Source of the DNA: the human T2T-CHM13v2.0 reference genome, Homo sapiens
Length of the DNA stretch: 64,000 bases
Assembly: GCF_009914755.1 (NCBI RefSeq)
Contig: NC_060940.1
Strand: one strand, 5' to 3'
Made by a program: the position numbers and the translations under genes. Shown here one piece after another: positions 12,739-24,115 of this stretch. The stretch's first letter is position 1. Each line of letters begins with the position of its first letter. Below the pieces are notes generated by a model. That model worked only from the letters and a program-made list of their open reading frames with translations. It was not told the DNA's origin and searched no databases.

Positions 12739-13879
12739 TTGTACCCAACTTTTAAGATTTACCAGAAAAATGGGCTTATGCCATTCATAGGTGGCTTAGG
12801 TACTAGAAGTGAAGTTCAATCTCAATCAAATTACACATCTAAAAAGGAGGTAAGATGGTGACCCAAAATATATTCAGGGCACTCTTACCAAGGAAGAGGG
12901 GTAATGGATGCTAGCCCTAAACAACAGATACTTTATTTTCCACAGAAGGAAAAAATGCTGGCTCTGTATTTTCGATGAAGCAGCTGAGACTCAAGTGCTA
13001 CTCAGGCTTTCAGTGGAGGAAGTGCTAGATCTGACACTAGAACCCAATTCTTCTGCATGTCAGTTTCATTGTTCTTTCTTCTACACACTTCACTATTCTT
13101 ACCTGACCTCTCCAGGGTCTGCCTAACATGGAGATTGCCAAGCCTGGGGATGATATGAGTCATTTCCTACAAAATCCTTTACCAAGTGATATCCAAACAG
13201 CATTGGGATATCACTGCTGAATGGTGGCATTTCTCTGCCTGCATTTCTTTACTGACATTGAATTCAGACTAACTTCCCCTCTCTTTTTCTTTTTTGGCAG
13301 GCTCTCTTTACAAGGTGAATTTAGACATATGAGCACTCCAGGAGGAGATCTGATTTGACAAACATGTCTAGAAAGAGGAAAAGCAAGCACTGGCATTAAC
13401 TTGGCTTCCACTGAGACTAGGCTCCATTAGTGAACTAAATGTTGGTATTCTGGGAAAAGCCAGCTTGTTACTGGAAATTTTAATTCTTTGAAAAAAATGG
13501 CATTAGATTTGCCTTTGGTTGTTGCATTCCAAGAGCTCTTGCCTATGAAACCTTTCTTGATCATAGAGTGCAGCAAGTCTACCAGAATGTTCAATTTATC
13601 TGCTACCAGTCATCATTTCTTGCCCTGGCAGACATTGCTAATCAATCTGATGCTGACTCAGCTCACATTTAAACTAAGATTTCCTGAGATGATTCTGTAT
13701 GCAACCACTACCAACTGATGAGTGCTGACATGAATATGAAACCTGTTTGAACTCCTTGTGCTTTTATGGTGTGTACTTTACAATGAACTCTGATCTATTC
13801 ACTACCATTGAGTTTTAGTGGCATTTGATAATGTTGCACTTGATTATATTGTTATAGTATCCTCTTTTTTGATTCAAAT

Positions 13880-14012
13880 CTGTTAAAAATTGTTTATCTC
13901 CAAAACGTTTAAGTACCTAGGGCACTTGGACTGTGTTTTATACTACTTTGTGACCTTCCCAGTGTCAAGATGGGTACAGACTAGATGCTCAATAAATATT
14001 TGGGTGATTAAT
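13880..14012 (+). mobile_element. L2 3' end fragment
   Basis: ...tagatgctcaataaatatttg terminus. Confidence 0.6.
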
Positions 14013-14689
14013 TACCTAAGGAATTAGGATTAATCACCTAAAGGATTCTTTGGTTGATAAACCTAAGGAATTCAATAGAATGGAAGTCTAGGAAAAACTT
14101 TGCTTGCATGGAACTATCAAAGTAAAGCTTTGGACTGTGAATAATTCAGTCAACCTGCAAGCCTCGATTATCTGCTCCGAGTTTGTGAAGACCATTGCTG
14201 TTGTCCCCGAAGTGTATTGATAAGTTAACATGATCGTAACTCTCAAGATGTTTATGGTTCAGTACCAGGAGCAAGAGAGATAAGTGTGATCATCAGAATT
14301 GTAGAAATATAAAAGTGGTGCAGAGGAGAAAGACTGAGATGAATGAAGTTGACAAGGATAACAGGTTGAACACTCCATAGTGGAAAGAGGCAGTGAGATG
14401 GGAAATTATTCCATAAAGCTTCCTTCAAAGAGTGTCAGCAAGATGCAATGCCAATGGAATAGAAAAATCTTTAGAATCACAGTGTCATATTTGAGGGACC
14501 TTTGACTTTACATGAAATTACCACTGCATGAGTACAGCAACACTTTAATCTTGGATATTCCTTTATTATTTATTCATCCAACCTAGCTTGCATAAATATT
14601 TCCTTGGGCTTTTTTGTTTTTCCATGTTTGTTGGCACTGATTTTTCAGCAAAGGAGCCTCTTAGACTGAATGTGCTGTTAAACTGTGGC

Positions 14690-15335
14690 CTCCTAGGCCT
14701 AACCCACTTGATAGCCTGCAGTTTGTGATGGTACCTCTGCTGCCCACTCCAACCACATCCCCTTCTTCTACCTGCCTGATCCACCCAGATCCCCTCTGAT
14801 TAATTATTCACACCTATATATCTTCAACTTCCATTAGGACCTCCCTCACGTTGTGGTGCTTCTTTACCCGCAAAATGCAGAGCCCTGGCCGGGTGCGGTG
14901 GCTCACGCCTGTAATCCCAGCACTTAGGGAGGCCGAGGTGGGCGGATCACGAGGTCAGGAGATGGAGACCATCCTGGCTAACATGGTGAAACCCCGTCTC
15001 TACTAAAAATACAAATAATTAGCTGGGAGTGGTGGCGGGCGCCTGTAGTCCCAGCTACTCGGGAGGCTGAGGCAAGAGAATGGCGTTAACCCAGGAGGCG
15101 GAGCTTGCAGTGAGCCGAGAATGAGCCACTTTGATCCAGTAGGAATGCAGGCCGAGGGCTTCCCCTACAGGGTCTTACTGAAGCTGGGACTTTACCTGAA
15201 GTCACAGCCTGGCTTAAGTTCCTCCCCTTCCCTGTCCTGCTTCTTCCACTTTTCTGATAGTTTCTACTGGGAGCGATTCCTTAACCATCACTTATATACA
15301 ATCATCTTGCCAGCTCAAGAGGCTCCAGCCTAAGT
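14690..15335 (+). mobile_element. LTR16-like ERVL LTR interrupted by AluY (left boundary approximate)
   Basis: ttcctccccttccctgtcctgcttc...ctgggagcgattccttaaccatcactt...cctaag resembles the LTR16 3' portion. Confidence 0.5.
14887..15120 (+). mobile_element. AluY, 3'-truncated (no poly(A), no TSD)
   Basis: Y diagnostics (gagaccatcctggctaacatgg, gaatggcgt, ggagcttgcag). Ends abruptly at gagccgaga. Confidence 0.93.
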
Positions 15336-15490
15336 GGTGTTTCTTACAGTATTGTCTATTATAAGAAGCTAGGAGGCTTCTTATAATGGCAGGCTCTAAG
15401 TCCCCACCTCAGACCTTTTAAAACAGAATCTTGGGGGAGGTGGGGCAGGCCAGAGAATCTGCCATTTATTAACAAGACCCCCAAGTTAGC
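15335..15490. mobile_element. MER5-like hAT MITE relic
   Basis: ccccacctcagacctttta aaacagaatct...gaatctgccattt..aacaagaccccca. Confidence 0.5.
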
Positions 15491-15734
15491 TTTTATTTTT
15501 TCTTAAATATAAGATGTTGATTAATAAATATTAAATTTTAATTAATAATTAACTTTCTTAAGGTTTTGCTTAATAAAAACTAAAGTTTTACTTATGGGGC
15601 AGTGACATTTAAAGCAAGTATACATCAAGTATTTGGGGATGAGGATTAATGAGGTAGGTTATAAATAATACCTCAGTTGGCCTTGCCTCAGGGTCTATTA
15701 AATGATTGAATGATCTGAATCTAGAGGTAATGCT

Positions 15735-15866
15735 GGCCGGGCATGGTGGCTCACACCTGTCATTCCAACACTTTGAGAGACAGAGGCAAGGGGATCGCTT
15801 GAGCCCAAAAGTTCAAGAGACCAGTCCAGGCAACATAGCAAGAACCCATCTCTATTTTTTTTTTAA
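15735..15866 (+). mobile_element. FLAM / free left Alu monomer
   Basis: Single left arm (ggatcgcttgagccc...ggcaacatagcaaga) with a T-rich tail. Confidence 0.85.
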
Positions 15867-16396
15867 ATGTCGATGTTCTGTGTTGATGGCATTTTGTGTA
15901 TGTGTGTGCCTGCGTATGTAATGTCTGGACAAATCTTAGAAACACTATTTTCCCCCCCTCAACAGTAATTTTTTTTCCTCAGAAAATTTACTCTGGAAGC
16001 CAAATTCAGTGGTTTTCTATATTATTTTACTTTTTAAAATATTTTAATCAATGAAACACTTTAATTGAGTTTAGGTAGAAGTTCAATGTGTAGTGTGGAC
16101 AAGCGCTGAGCTGTTCCACCTGATGGAGGTGGAGAGACTGGGATCCTGCCTGCTTCAATTCCTTCCCATTCTCTGATCAGAGCTACTTCCACTAACTCCT
16201 ATTAGTTATTGAAAGGAGATTAATTGCCCTGTTATCTCAAGGATCTCCTAGAGCTCTTGCTGAGTGGAAGAGAAAAAGATAGATGAGCACTTTTTTTTCT
16301 AGGTTGCAGGCTTGGTACTTTGAGGGACTCAACTTTTTGGCAATGGAAAATGATATCCACTTGTTTGACCTAGCTACAAATGTATTGAATTATTAT

Positions 16397-16982
16397 TATT
16401 ATTATTTGAGACACAGTCTCACTTTGTCACCCAGGCTAGAGTGCAGTGGTGTGATCTCAGCTCACTGCAACCTCCGCCTCCTGGGTTCAAGTGAATCTCC
16501 TGCCTCAGCCTCCTGAGTAGCTGGGATTACAGGCGTGTACCACCACGCCAGGCTAATGTTTGTATTTTTAGTATAGATGGGGTTTCACCATGGTGGTCAG
16601 GCTGGTTTCAAACTCCTGACCTCAAGTGATCCACCAGCCTCCTAAAGTGCTGGGATTACAGACGTGTGAGGGGTCTAGAAATGACCCTTCTTGGACTCTC
16701 AGCCCCCAGGTTTTAGTGGGAGCCTGGATTTTAGCTTCCAGAGCCTGGAAGAACTTTACTAACCAGGTCTAGGCCTGAACCTTGGCTTTATTCACCTTGT
16801 GACTTATTGCAGGTTGTAAAAAAGGAAGAAGTCACTTAGCATCCCTAAGACATGGGGGCTGGTGGTGGGAATAGATTACTCTAGAAGGAGTTTAAGCTTA
16901 AAAATAGGAGGGAGAAGAAAAGAGTGTGGGGACCATTTCTCCTAAAGTGCTGGGATTACAGACATGAGCCACTGCACCAGCC
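16397..16982 (-). mobile_element. AluS-type SINE interrupted near its 5' end by a 268-bp non-Alu insertion
   Basis: Alu 16397-16666, insert about 16667-16938, Alu resumes 16939-16982. Degenerate outer TSD gtattgaattattatt / gtattcaactattctt. Confidence 0.93.
16669..16936 (+). repeat. Dispersed duplicate (about 94% identity) of 18601-18900
   Basis: Direct alignment aggggtct...tggggaccat. About 15 substitutions and 2 one-base indels by hand, plus a 32-bp segment present only in the 18.6-kb copy. Confidence 0.97.
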
Positions 16983-18600
16983 CAGTATTCAACTATTCTT
17001 GAAGTGTCTGCATACAATTTTCTTTTTCTGGTGCAGGAGAACATTCAGTAGCTAGCAGAGAACCTAGCCCTGAGATTTGTATGAAAATTGTTGAATGGGT
17101 TCAATGGGACTCAGCAGAGTCCATCCCAAGCCACCTGAATAACGAAGGTGGATCTTACTTGTATCAAAGCAGCTGATCTCAGAGCCTCCAGCCCGTGGTT
17201 TCAGGTCAGTTAGCTGTTTTTATGATGCCCTAGTGGGATATGCCTCTGTCCATTCCTCTCATTCTTTACCCTGCCTTCTGCTTCAGGGAAAAGTCACACT
17301 GGGTCGGCTCCAAAGAGTGTCCCTGCTGATTCACTGTGGCTTTCTCTGATCATTAGCCAAACCAGGGACCTTTCCCTTGCCACTAAGCTGCTGGAAGTTC
17401 AGATGTGCTGAATTTTACCCAATGGCTTCATGCTTGAAACAAAAAAGCAATCAACCGAGGCACTTGGGGATGAAGGCACAGTGTCTCTCTCCGCTAACTC
17501 AGTAAAGGGACTACTGTCACTAGGGAGATGGTGATGAAGTCAGGCCTCAGGAAGCAGGTACTGGATCCAAGGCAAATCTCTGGATCTCAGGAAAAGAATT
17601 TAGGGGATCTTTCTTGGGATCCTTGGATACTCTACCCACTAGGTCTGTGCTTTTTCTGGCCTCTCCCCCTCTATTCCTGGCTTCCTTTCTTCCTACTCTA
17701 TATGTGTGCCTTTGCTTGGTTTTATACCTTCTGTTGCTCATAGTCTCCACTTCCTTGTAAATTTGTCTTGTGCATGGCTCTTCAGAGCACAGCATTGGCT
17801 TGCGGCTTTTGATCCTCAATCCTGCTTTCCAGAAATAAAGTTCTATTTAAACACAGAAGAACTTATTCTTCAAAGAAGACTTCCTTGAAGTAAAGTAAAA
17901 ATCCTTTTGGAAACCAAACATCAGTCTATTTGTGGAGTTAATAATTTGGCTCCAAGCAGGACACATATGTACTCTAAAGCATTCTTGGAAAGGTCCAGGA
18001 GATGACAATGAAAGTGCTGGAGTATCTGGAGAATAGGGATGAGGAAGAGATGGCTGGGATATAGGAGATGTTTTCCAATAAGGGAAGTAAGGGCTTAAGA
18101 ATGAAAAGACATGGATGAATATTCAGGAGACACAAATTCTAAAGTCAACTACGCTGGCCTTCATAAACCATGAAGATGTTACCAGTTCTCCTGTAAGAAT
18201 CTTGTGCAAAGAATGAAGGGTGGTCTCCCTGCTCTCTGTCATCTGTTTCTCATTTCCCCATACATTTCTGTAATGATGGACTTTCCATCCTATCACATTG
18301 TGGGAACAGCTCCGAAGTCCCTAATTCTACCAAATTAAAAAGACTTTTTACCAATTAACCATTGGATACCAGTATGAATTGCTTGAGAAGTCCCAGGTTA
18401 GGCAGACAGAGACTGATTTGTGCCTCTTAAAAGAGTGTCTACCCACACAAGCAAGCTTTCTCTTTGGGGGGAATCTATTTAAAAGAAACACACACACACA
18501 CATACACACACACATGCACACCACAGATTGTAGCCATTTCGTCAGCCTGAGCTTTGGTCTTTTCCTTTTTCATTGGAGCAGGAGGCTGATACAAGGGGCA

Positions 18601-18900
18601 AGGGGTCTCAAAATGACCTTTTTTGAACTCTCAGCCCCCAGGTTTTAGTGGGAGCCTGGATTTTAGCTTCCAGAACCTAGAAGAACTTTACTAACCAGGT
18701 CTAGGCCTGAACCTTGGCTTTATTCACCTTGTGACTTATTGCAGGTTGTAGAAAAGGAAAAGTCCTTTCTTCCTACTCTACACGTGTGCCTTTGTCACTT
18801 AGCCTCCCTAAGACGTGGGGGCTGGTGCTGTGAACAGATTACTCTAGAAGGAGTTTAAGCTTAAAAATAAGAGGGAGAAAAAAAAGAGTGTGGGGACCAT
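18601..18900 (+). repeat. Donor copy of the segment duplicated at 16669-16936
   Basis: Same alignment; lies in unique-looking sequence. Confidence 0.97.
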
Positions 18901-19096
18901 AGAGCTCAGAACAGAGGAATGTGTTTCATCTTTATGAGACAAAACAGCAACAGGCCTATGTGGGGAGGCCAAGGCTCATGGGAGACTGTGTAGGGAAGCA
19001 TTCTGTCGTTTTCTAATCCCTCCTGCCATTATAGAGAGGCCAGCTCCCTCAGCCTGGAAAAGTGCCAAGCCAGAGGGAAGGGATCAACTTGAGACC

Positions 19097-19154
19097 TCAG
19101 TCTTGCCCAGCTCTGAGCAGAGTCAGTCTTGCCCAGCTCTGAGCAGAGTCAGTC
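19097..19154. repeat. Perfect 26-bp tandem duplication (tcagtcttgcccagctctgagcagag)
   Basis: Copies 19097-19122 and 19123-19148, followed by a partial tcagtc. Confidence 0.95.
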
Positions 19155-21012
19155 AAAGAACCTCACCACCATATGAATCCTGAGAGGTCACTGTTTCAAC
19201 CCTCTCATTTGACACAAACACAAAGAAGGAAAGAAACATCTCCAAAGGCATGCATATACCCATGGCTAGAGCTAGAACCCTACGAGCTGCTTCCTACCAA
19301 AAATGAGCTTTTGCTTTAGATCCAAGAAGGACAAATCTCTGATTTAAGAACCCAGAGAAAAAACCAACACCTCATGGCTAAGTCATTGTTAAGTAAAGGG
19401 GTAGGGGAACAAAGGACACAGGTGTTCCAAAGCCATCAAATCATGGTGTCCTCCAACTCCCTGATCAGATGTGGTGGTGTGAAGGCATCCCCGAGCTTTG
19501 CTGGTGACAGGTCTTGTAAGCCAGATAGGTAAAATTTTAAAGCAATGTGAATGCTGAGAACATTATATAATTATGTTCTTAATTTTCTATGGTTTTAAAA
19601 CTGTACTATCAGTTGGTTAGGGCTCAAACCAGTTTCACCAAAAGAAGCACTTGCTTAACTCATGCAATCAAACCAACGGAAAGAATGGAGGTCCATTCGA
19701 GCCTCTGAAATGACTGGACACCAGAGATTATGAGAGCCAGGAAGCTTTCCAGCCCCCTCTGCATGATGGTTTTATTCATGGTTTTACTTACAGTAGTTTT
19801 GCTATAGTCTCTGACACCCCTTAATCTCACATCTCCAGGCGTTACTACTGAAGAAAACTTGGAGCTCCTCATTTAGCTCCAGATGAAAACAATTCAAAGA
19901 TAGATTTTCCCAACAGGGACCACTTGTCCATGTCTTTTCTTTTTTTTTTTTTTATGAGTTCTTCTCTGAATCAGCATTCAGCAGAGAACAGATGTTGATT
20001 TGGGGGCCTCTGCTATGTTTTTCCATTGTCTGTTATTATGTTTCCAGAGCCTTTCCTAACCAAGGAAGGCTTCATATTTAGGCATATGACAGGGGTATAG
20101 AAAAGGTTTTTTTCTGTGATCATTTGGTGGTGTCAACCCACAGGTTTATCTTCAAAATTCTAAGACCAGCAAGAGGTTCAGTGCAGTGATTGATTAGCAA
20201 TATCTTCCACGACTGTGGGAAGGTAGAGCAGGCATGCATGCTACACATTAGTCATCCTTGTGCAAGGGGCCTTAAAGGCGTTGAACCAAAACTAGGGGCA
20301 CTAGGTGCATCAGATATGGTCTCTGCCTTCAGAGTCAAGTGAAAAAGACAGATAATTAAGAGATTAATTACCACAAAATGACAAGAGGCAATGCTGTGGA
20401 TATGTATAAGAACACAAGCTAACACAGAAGAAAGAAAAGAGCAATTTTTCTTGTGGCATAGATAAATTTTGATTATCTACCCTTCTTTGGGGAGGGAAGA
20501 TAGAAAAATAATTACGTGTATCTTAAAATGCACTATTCTATTTTTTTCTCCAATCCATTTACATGTCTAATTATGATTTTCTCAGATTAGTATTGAAATG
20601 CTATCTCATTGCCTGAATACACAAACCAGATAAGAGTGCAGCTAGAAGCGCTCTCTAAGAGATGACAAGGTGCCGTCTCCCTGTCATTGTTTTCTGTAAA
20701 TGAATCATTTGGAGTTTATTGATGGTTTTTGCATATATTTCAAACTTACATTTGAAGTAATATTCTAACAAGGTGATTAAGGACACTAACACTATGGCAT
20801 TACAGCATGACACAATGGCTCCTGTTCCCTGTACCCCTCCCTCCCATCAGGAATGAGGTATAGGAGCTTGAACAAGTCACTGAACTCTTGAGCCTAAGAA
20901 TTCTCATTTGAGAACCACTCTTGATAACATAGCTGATGTGGATAAAGCCCTTAATATAGTGCCTGGGACACTGCAGTGCTCAAAAGGGATGGCTACTGCA
21001 TGTCAAAAGTCA

Positions 21013-21321
<309 letters not shown>

Positions 21322-22704
21322 TCATCTATATGCCCATGTGTGTGAGAGTAGGCTCTTACACATCTGTAGGATATCCACACCAGAGACCCAGATGCCTGGC
21401 TTCAGACTATATCAAGATAGCACATCTATTGCTGAGCCTGGGTTTGACGCCTCCCTTGCTCAGAATCTGTCTTTTGTAAGTGCGGGGGAAGAGATCAAGA
21501 AATTGGTTTCAGATTTTTAGCTATGCTGGGGAGCCAAGAGTTTATCCTAGCCAAATCTGCCCCTTCTTGCACTTTGGCCATGGTGTGAGAACTCGTGAAT
21601 TGTGGCCACCTGACAGTGAGGTATGGGAGCCACCTTAGGGTCCCACAGCTCCCAAAGCCCACTGCATGCAAAGGAACCCAGGTGTGTAGTGCACACAGGC
21701 CAGAGCACCTCCCTCTGGGCTTGGCCCAGACCACAATGCATTTGGCACTGGTCCTATTTTCTTTTAAAATTTTAAGCCTGTGAGTGTTTTTAGGGGAATT
21801 TAATCCACATGTTTTTTTATTCATTTGCATTTAACTCATAAAAATGCTATTTCTAAAGAGGTGGTGTATGACCAAGAACCACTTCTTAATTCTTCTTTCC
21901 TCTTGCCTTCATCTTTGTTCGTTGTCATCCTCTTTCTTCTCTGCCTCCACCTTTTCCTTCTCCTCCCTCCCTTTTCAAGTCTTTTTTTCTCAGAAAAAGA
22001 GATTACTTTCCACCCTTCTTATTCATCTAAATATCTAAGGTCGAATGTCTGAGCTTGCCTGGAAGTTAGCATCCATTGATGTGAATAAGAGATATATGAC
22101 TTCTTCCAGGGCAAAACCTGAAGCGTTATTTCTGTTTCAATGCTTATTCTGTGGATGCCATCACGGGGTGCATTTAGGATCATGCTACTTATCTCAGGGT
22201 AACATTAGTCATCCTGATGACTCACATGTGGGTGGAGATAGAGCAGATGGCTGGGAGGATGCTCTGCAATGCAGAGTTTCTGGAAATTTGGGGTTTGAGT
22301 GCATATCTTCAGGCTCTAGAGCTCCAAAGGAGTCAGCATCCTGACAATCGTAGTTTTGGACTCGGGATTTAAACCAGAACATCTGGTTACCTTCCAGATG
22401 GCTGCTTGGTGTGGGGACCTGTAAAGTGGCCGAAGCACTCAAGCATGCACATGGAAAGACAGAGGGGCAAGACTGTCTCCAGGTCCACTGCAGGGAGTGG
22501 ACTGCAAGGGAAGGCTGGGCAAAGCCTGTGCCTTTGTAACACAGTGACCACACCCTCTAATAAATGTCACTCTTCACTTGCCTCAAACAACTCCTCCTTC
22601 TATTGGGAGATGCTAGGAAGGGAGAGGTCAAGAACTGGGCTGAAGCATCATTCCTGACACAGAGGTGTGTGGTTGGCTGTCTTCTGCCCTGTGATTAACG
22701 TTCT

Positions 22705-22732
22705 GTGTGTGTCTGTGTGTGTGCCTCTGTGT

Positions 22733-22768
<36 letters not shown>
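22705..22768. repeat. (TG)n microsatellite, interrupted at its 5' part
   Basis: Direct observation. Confidence 0.97.
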
Positions 22769-22770
<2 letters not shown>

Positions 22771-23269
22771 TCCAGTGAAAAGAAAACCATATATTTTTAT
22801 TCTATTTTCACAGTATGTAGATCAGGGTTCTGCAAACAATGGATACTGAATTGAAATTTGGTTACATTGATATCACTTTTGACCATCTCCCAGAAGATAC
22901 AGGGAAGCACACAGGTTTCAGATTTGTGTCGCCATTTCAAACCTAGGACTTGAGTTCTTTTCACAAAGTAGTTTAATTTCCCCTGGGATGTTTTAGGGGC
23001 AACCCGTTCTCCAGCTTCTTTTACTGTGGATTGGGAAAGAATTCTACACTAGGACTCAGAAGGCCTGGGTTGCAGAACTGGCTCTGATTCATTGGCTTAC
23101 TCATAGCAGCAAAACACTTCATTTCTCTGAGGCTCATTTTCATTGTCTTTAAAACAGAGACCCTATAACCACAGAACTTTGAAGATCACCTAGTTCAGCT
23201 TACTTAATTTTATAGATGAGCAAACTAATTCATATTTGGACTATGTAGAAACAGATACTTAAATCCTTT

Positions 23270-23520
23270 AGGGAGGAAGCATGCATAGCAGGTAGAGAGC
23301 ACCAGCCCAAGACTGCCTGGATTCAAATCCCTCCTCAGTCAAGTACTGGCTGTGTGACTTTAGGCAAGTTACTTAAGCTCTCTGATCCTCAGGTTCTTCA
23401 TCTGAGAAACAGAGTAATAATAGTACCTACCTCAAAGGCTCTCAAGAACTGTCAATATGAGAAAAGGGCTTGGAACAGCACTTGACCCATGGTAAGGAGT
23501 AAGAGTTAGCTTTTCTTATT
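23270..23520 (+). mobile_element. MIR SINE (near full length)
   Basis: gactgcctggattcaaatccc...ggctgtgtgactttaggcaagttactt...taataatagtacctacctca. Confidence 0.85.
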
Positions 23521-23729
23521 CACCCCAAGATCATGCAATGTACCAACAATATTGATGGAGCTTAGAGCCCTATCTTCTGAGGGCCACTATCCTGCTGTTC
23601 TCAGCACAGGCTGCATGTTAGATTCACATCTGATTTAATATTTTTAAAAAACCTTCCCTGGGCAATTCTACTCCACAGCTAGGACTGAGAACAACTGTTT
23701 TACATATTGCCCTCAACTACTTCAAAAGA

Positions 23730-24115
23730 CATATATGTGTGTGTGTGTGTGTGTGTGTATGTACATATAAATATATTAAATATATACATATAAATATATA
23801 CAATATAGAAATAAAATATATAAAATATATATATAAATATGTGCAATATATAAATATAAATATATACAATATATACATATAAATTTATTATATATACATA
23901 TAAATATATAAAATATATACATACATATAAATATATAACACACATATAAATATATAAAATAAATTAATATAAATATGTAATATATAAATATACACATATA
24001 AATATATAAAATATATGCATATAAATATATAATATATAAGTATATGCATATAAATATATAGTATATATAAATATGGAAAAATATATATGTATAGTAGATG
24101 TAAATATATATATTT
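23730..24115. repeat. (TG)n followed by a degenerate (TA)-rich low-complexity tract
   Basis: About 350 bp of very AT-rich sequence built from cat-ata-aat-ata-ta variants. Confidence 0.95.

Noticed and set aside
16669-16936. Insert as a processed pseudogene or L1-mediated transduction
   Set aside because: No poly(A), no endonuclease consensus site, no spliced structure, and the donor lies only 1.9 kb away.
23700-23997. Tyr/Ile-rich ORFs
   Set aside because: Artefact of the (TA)-rich low-complexity tract.
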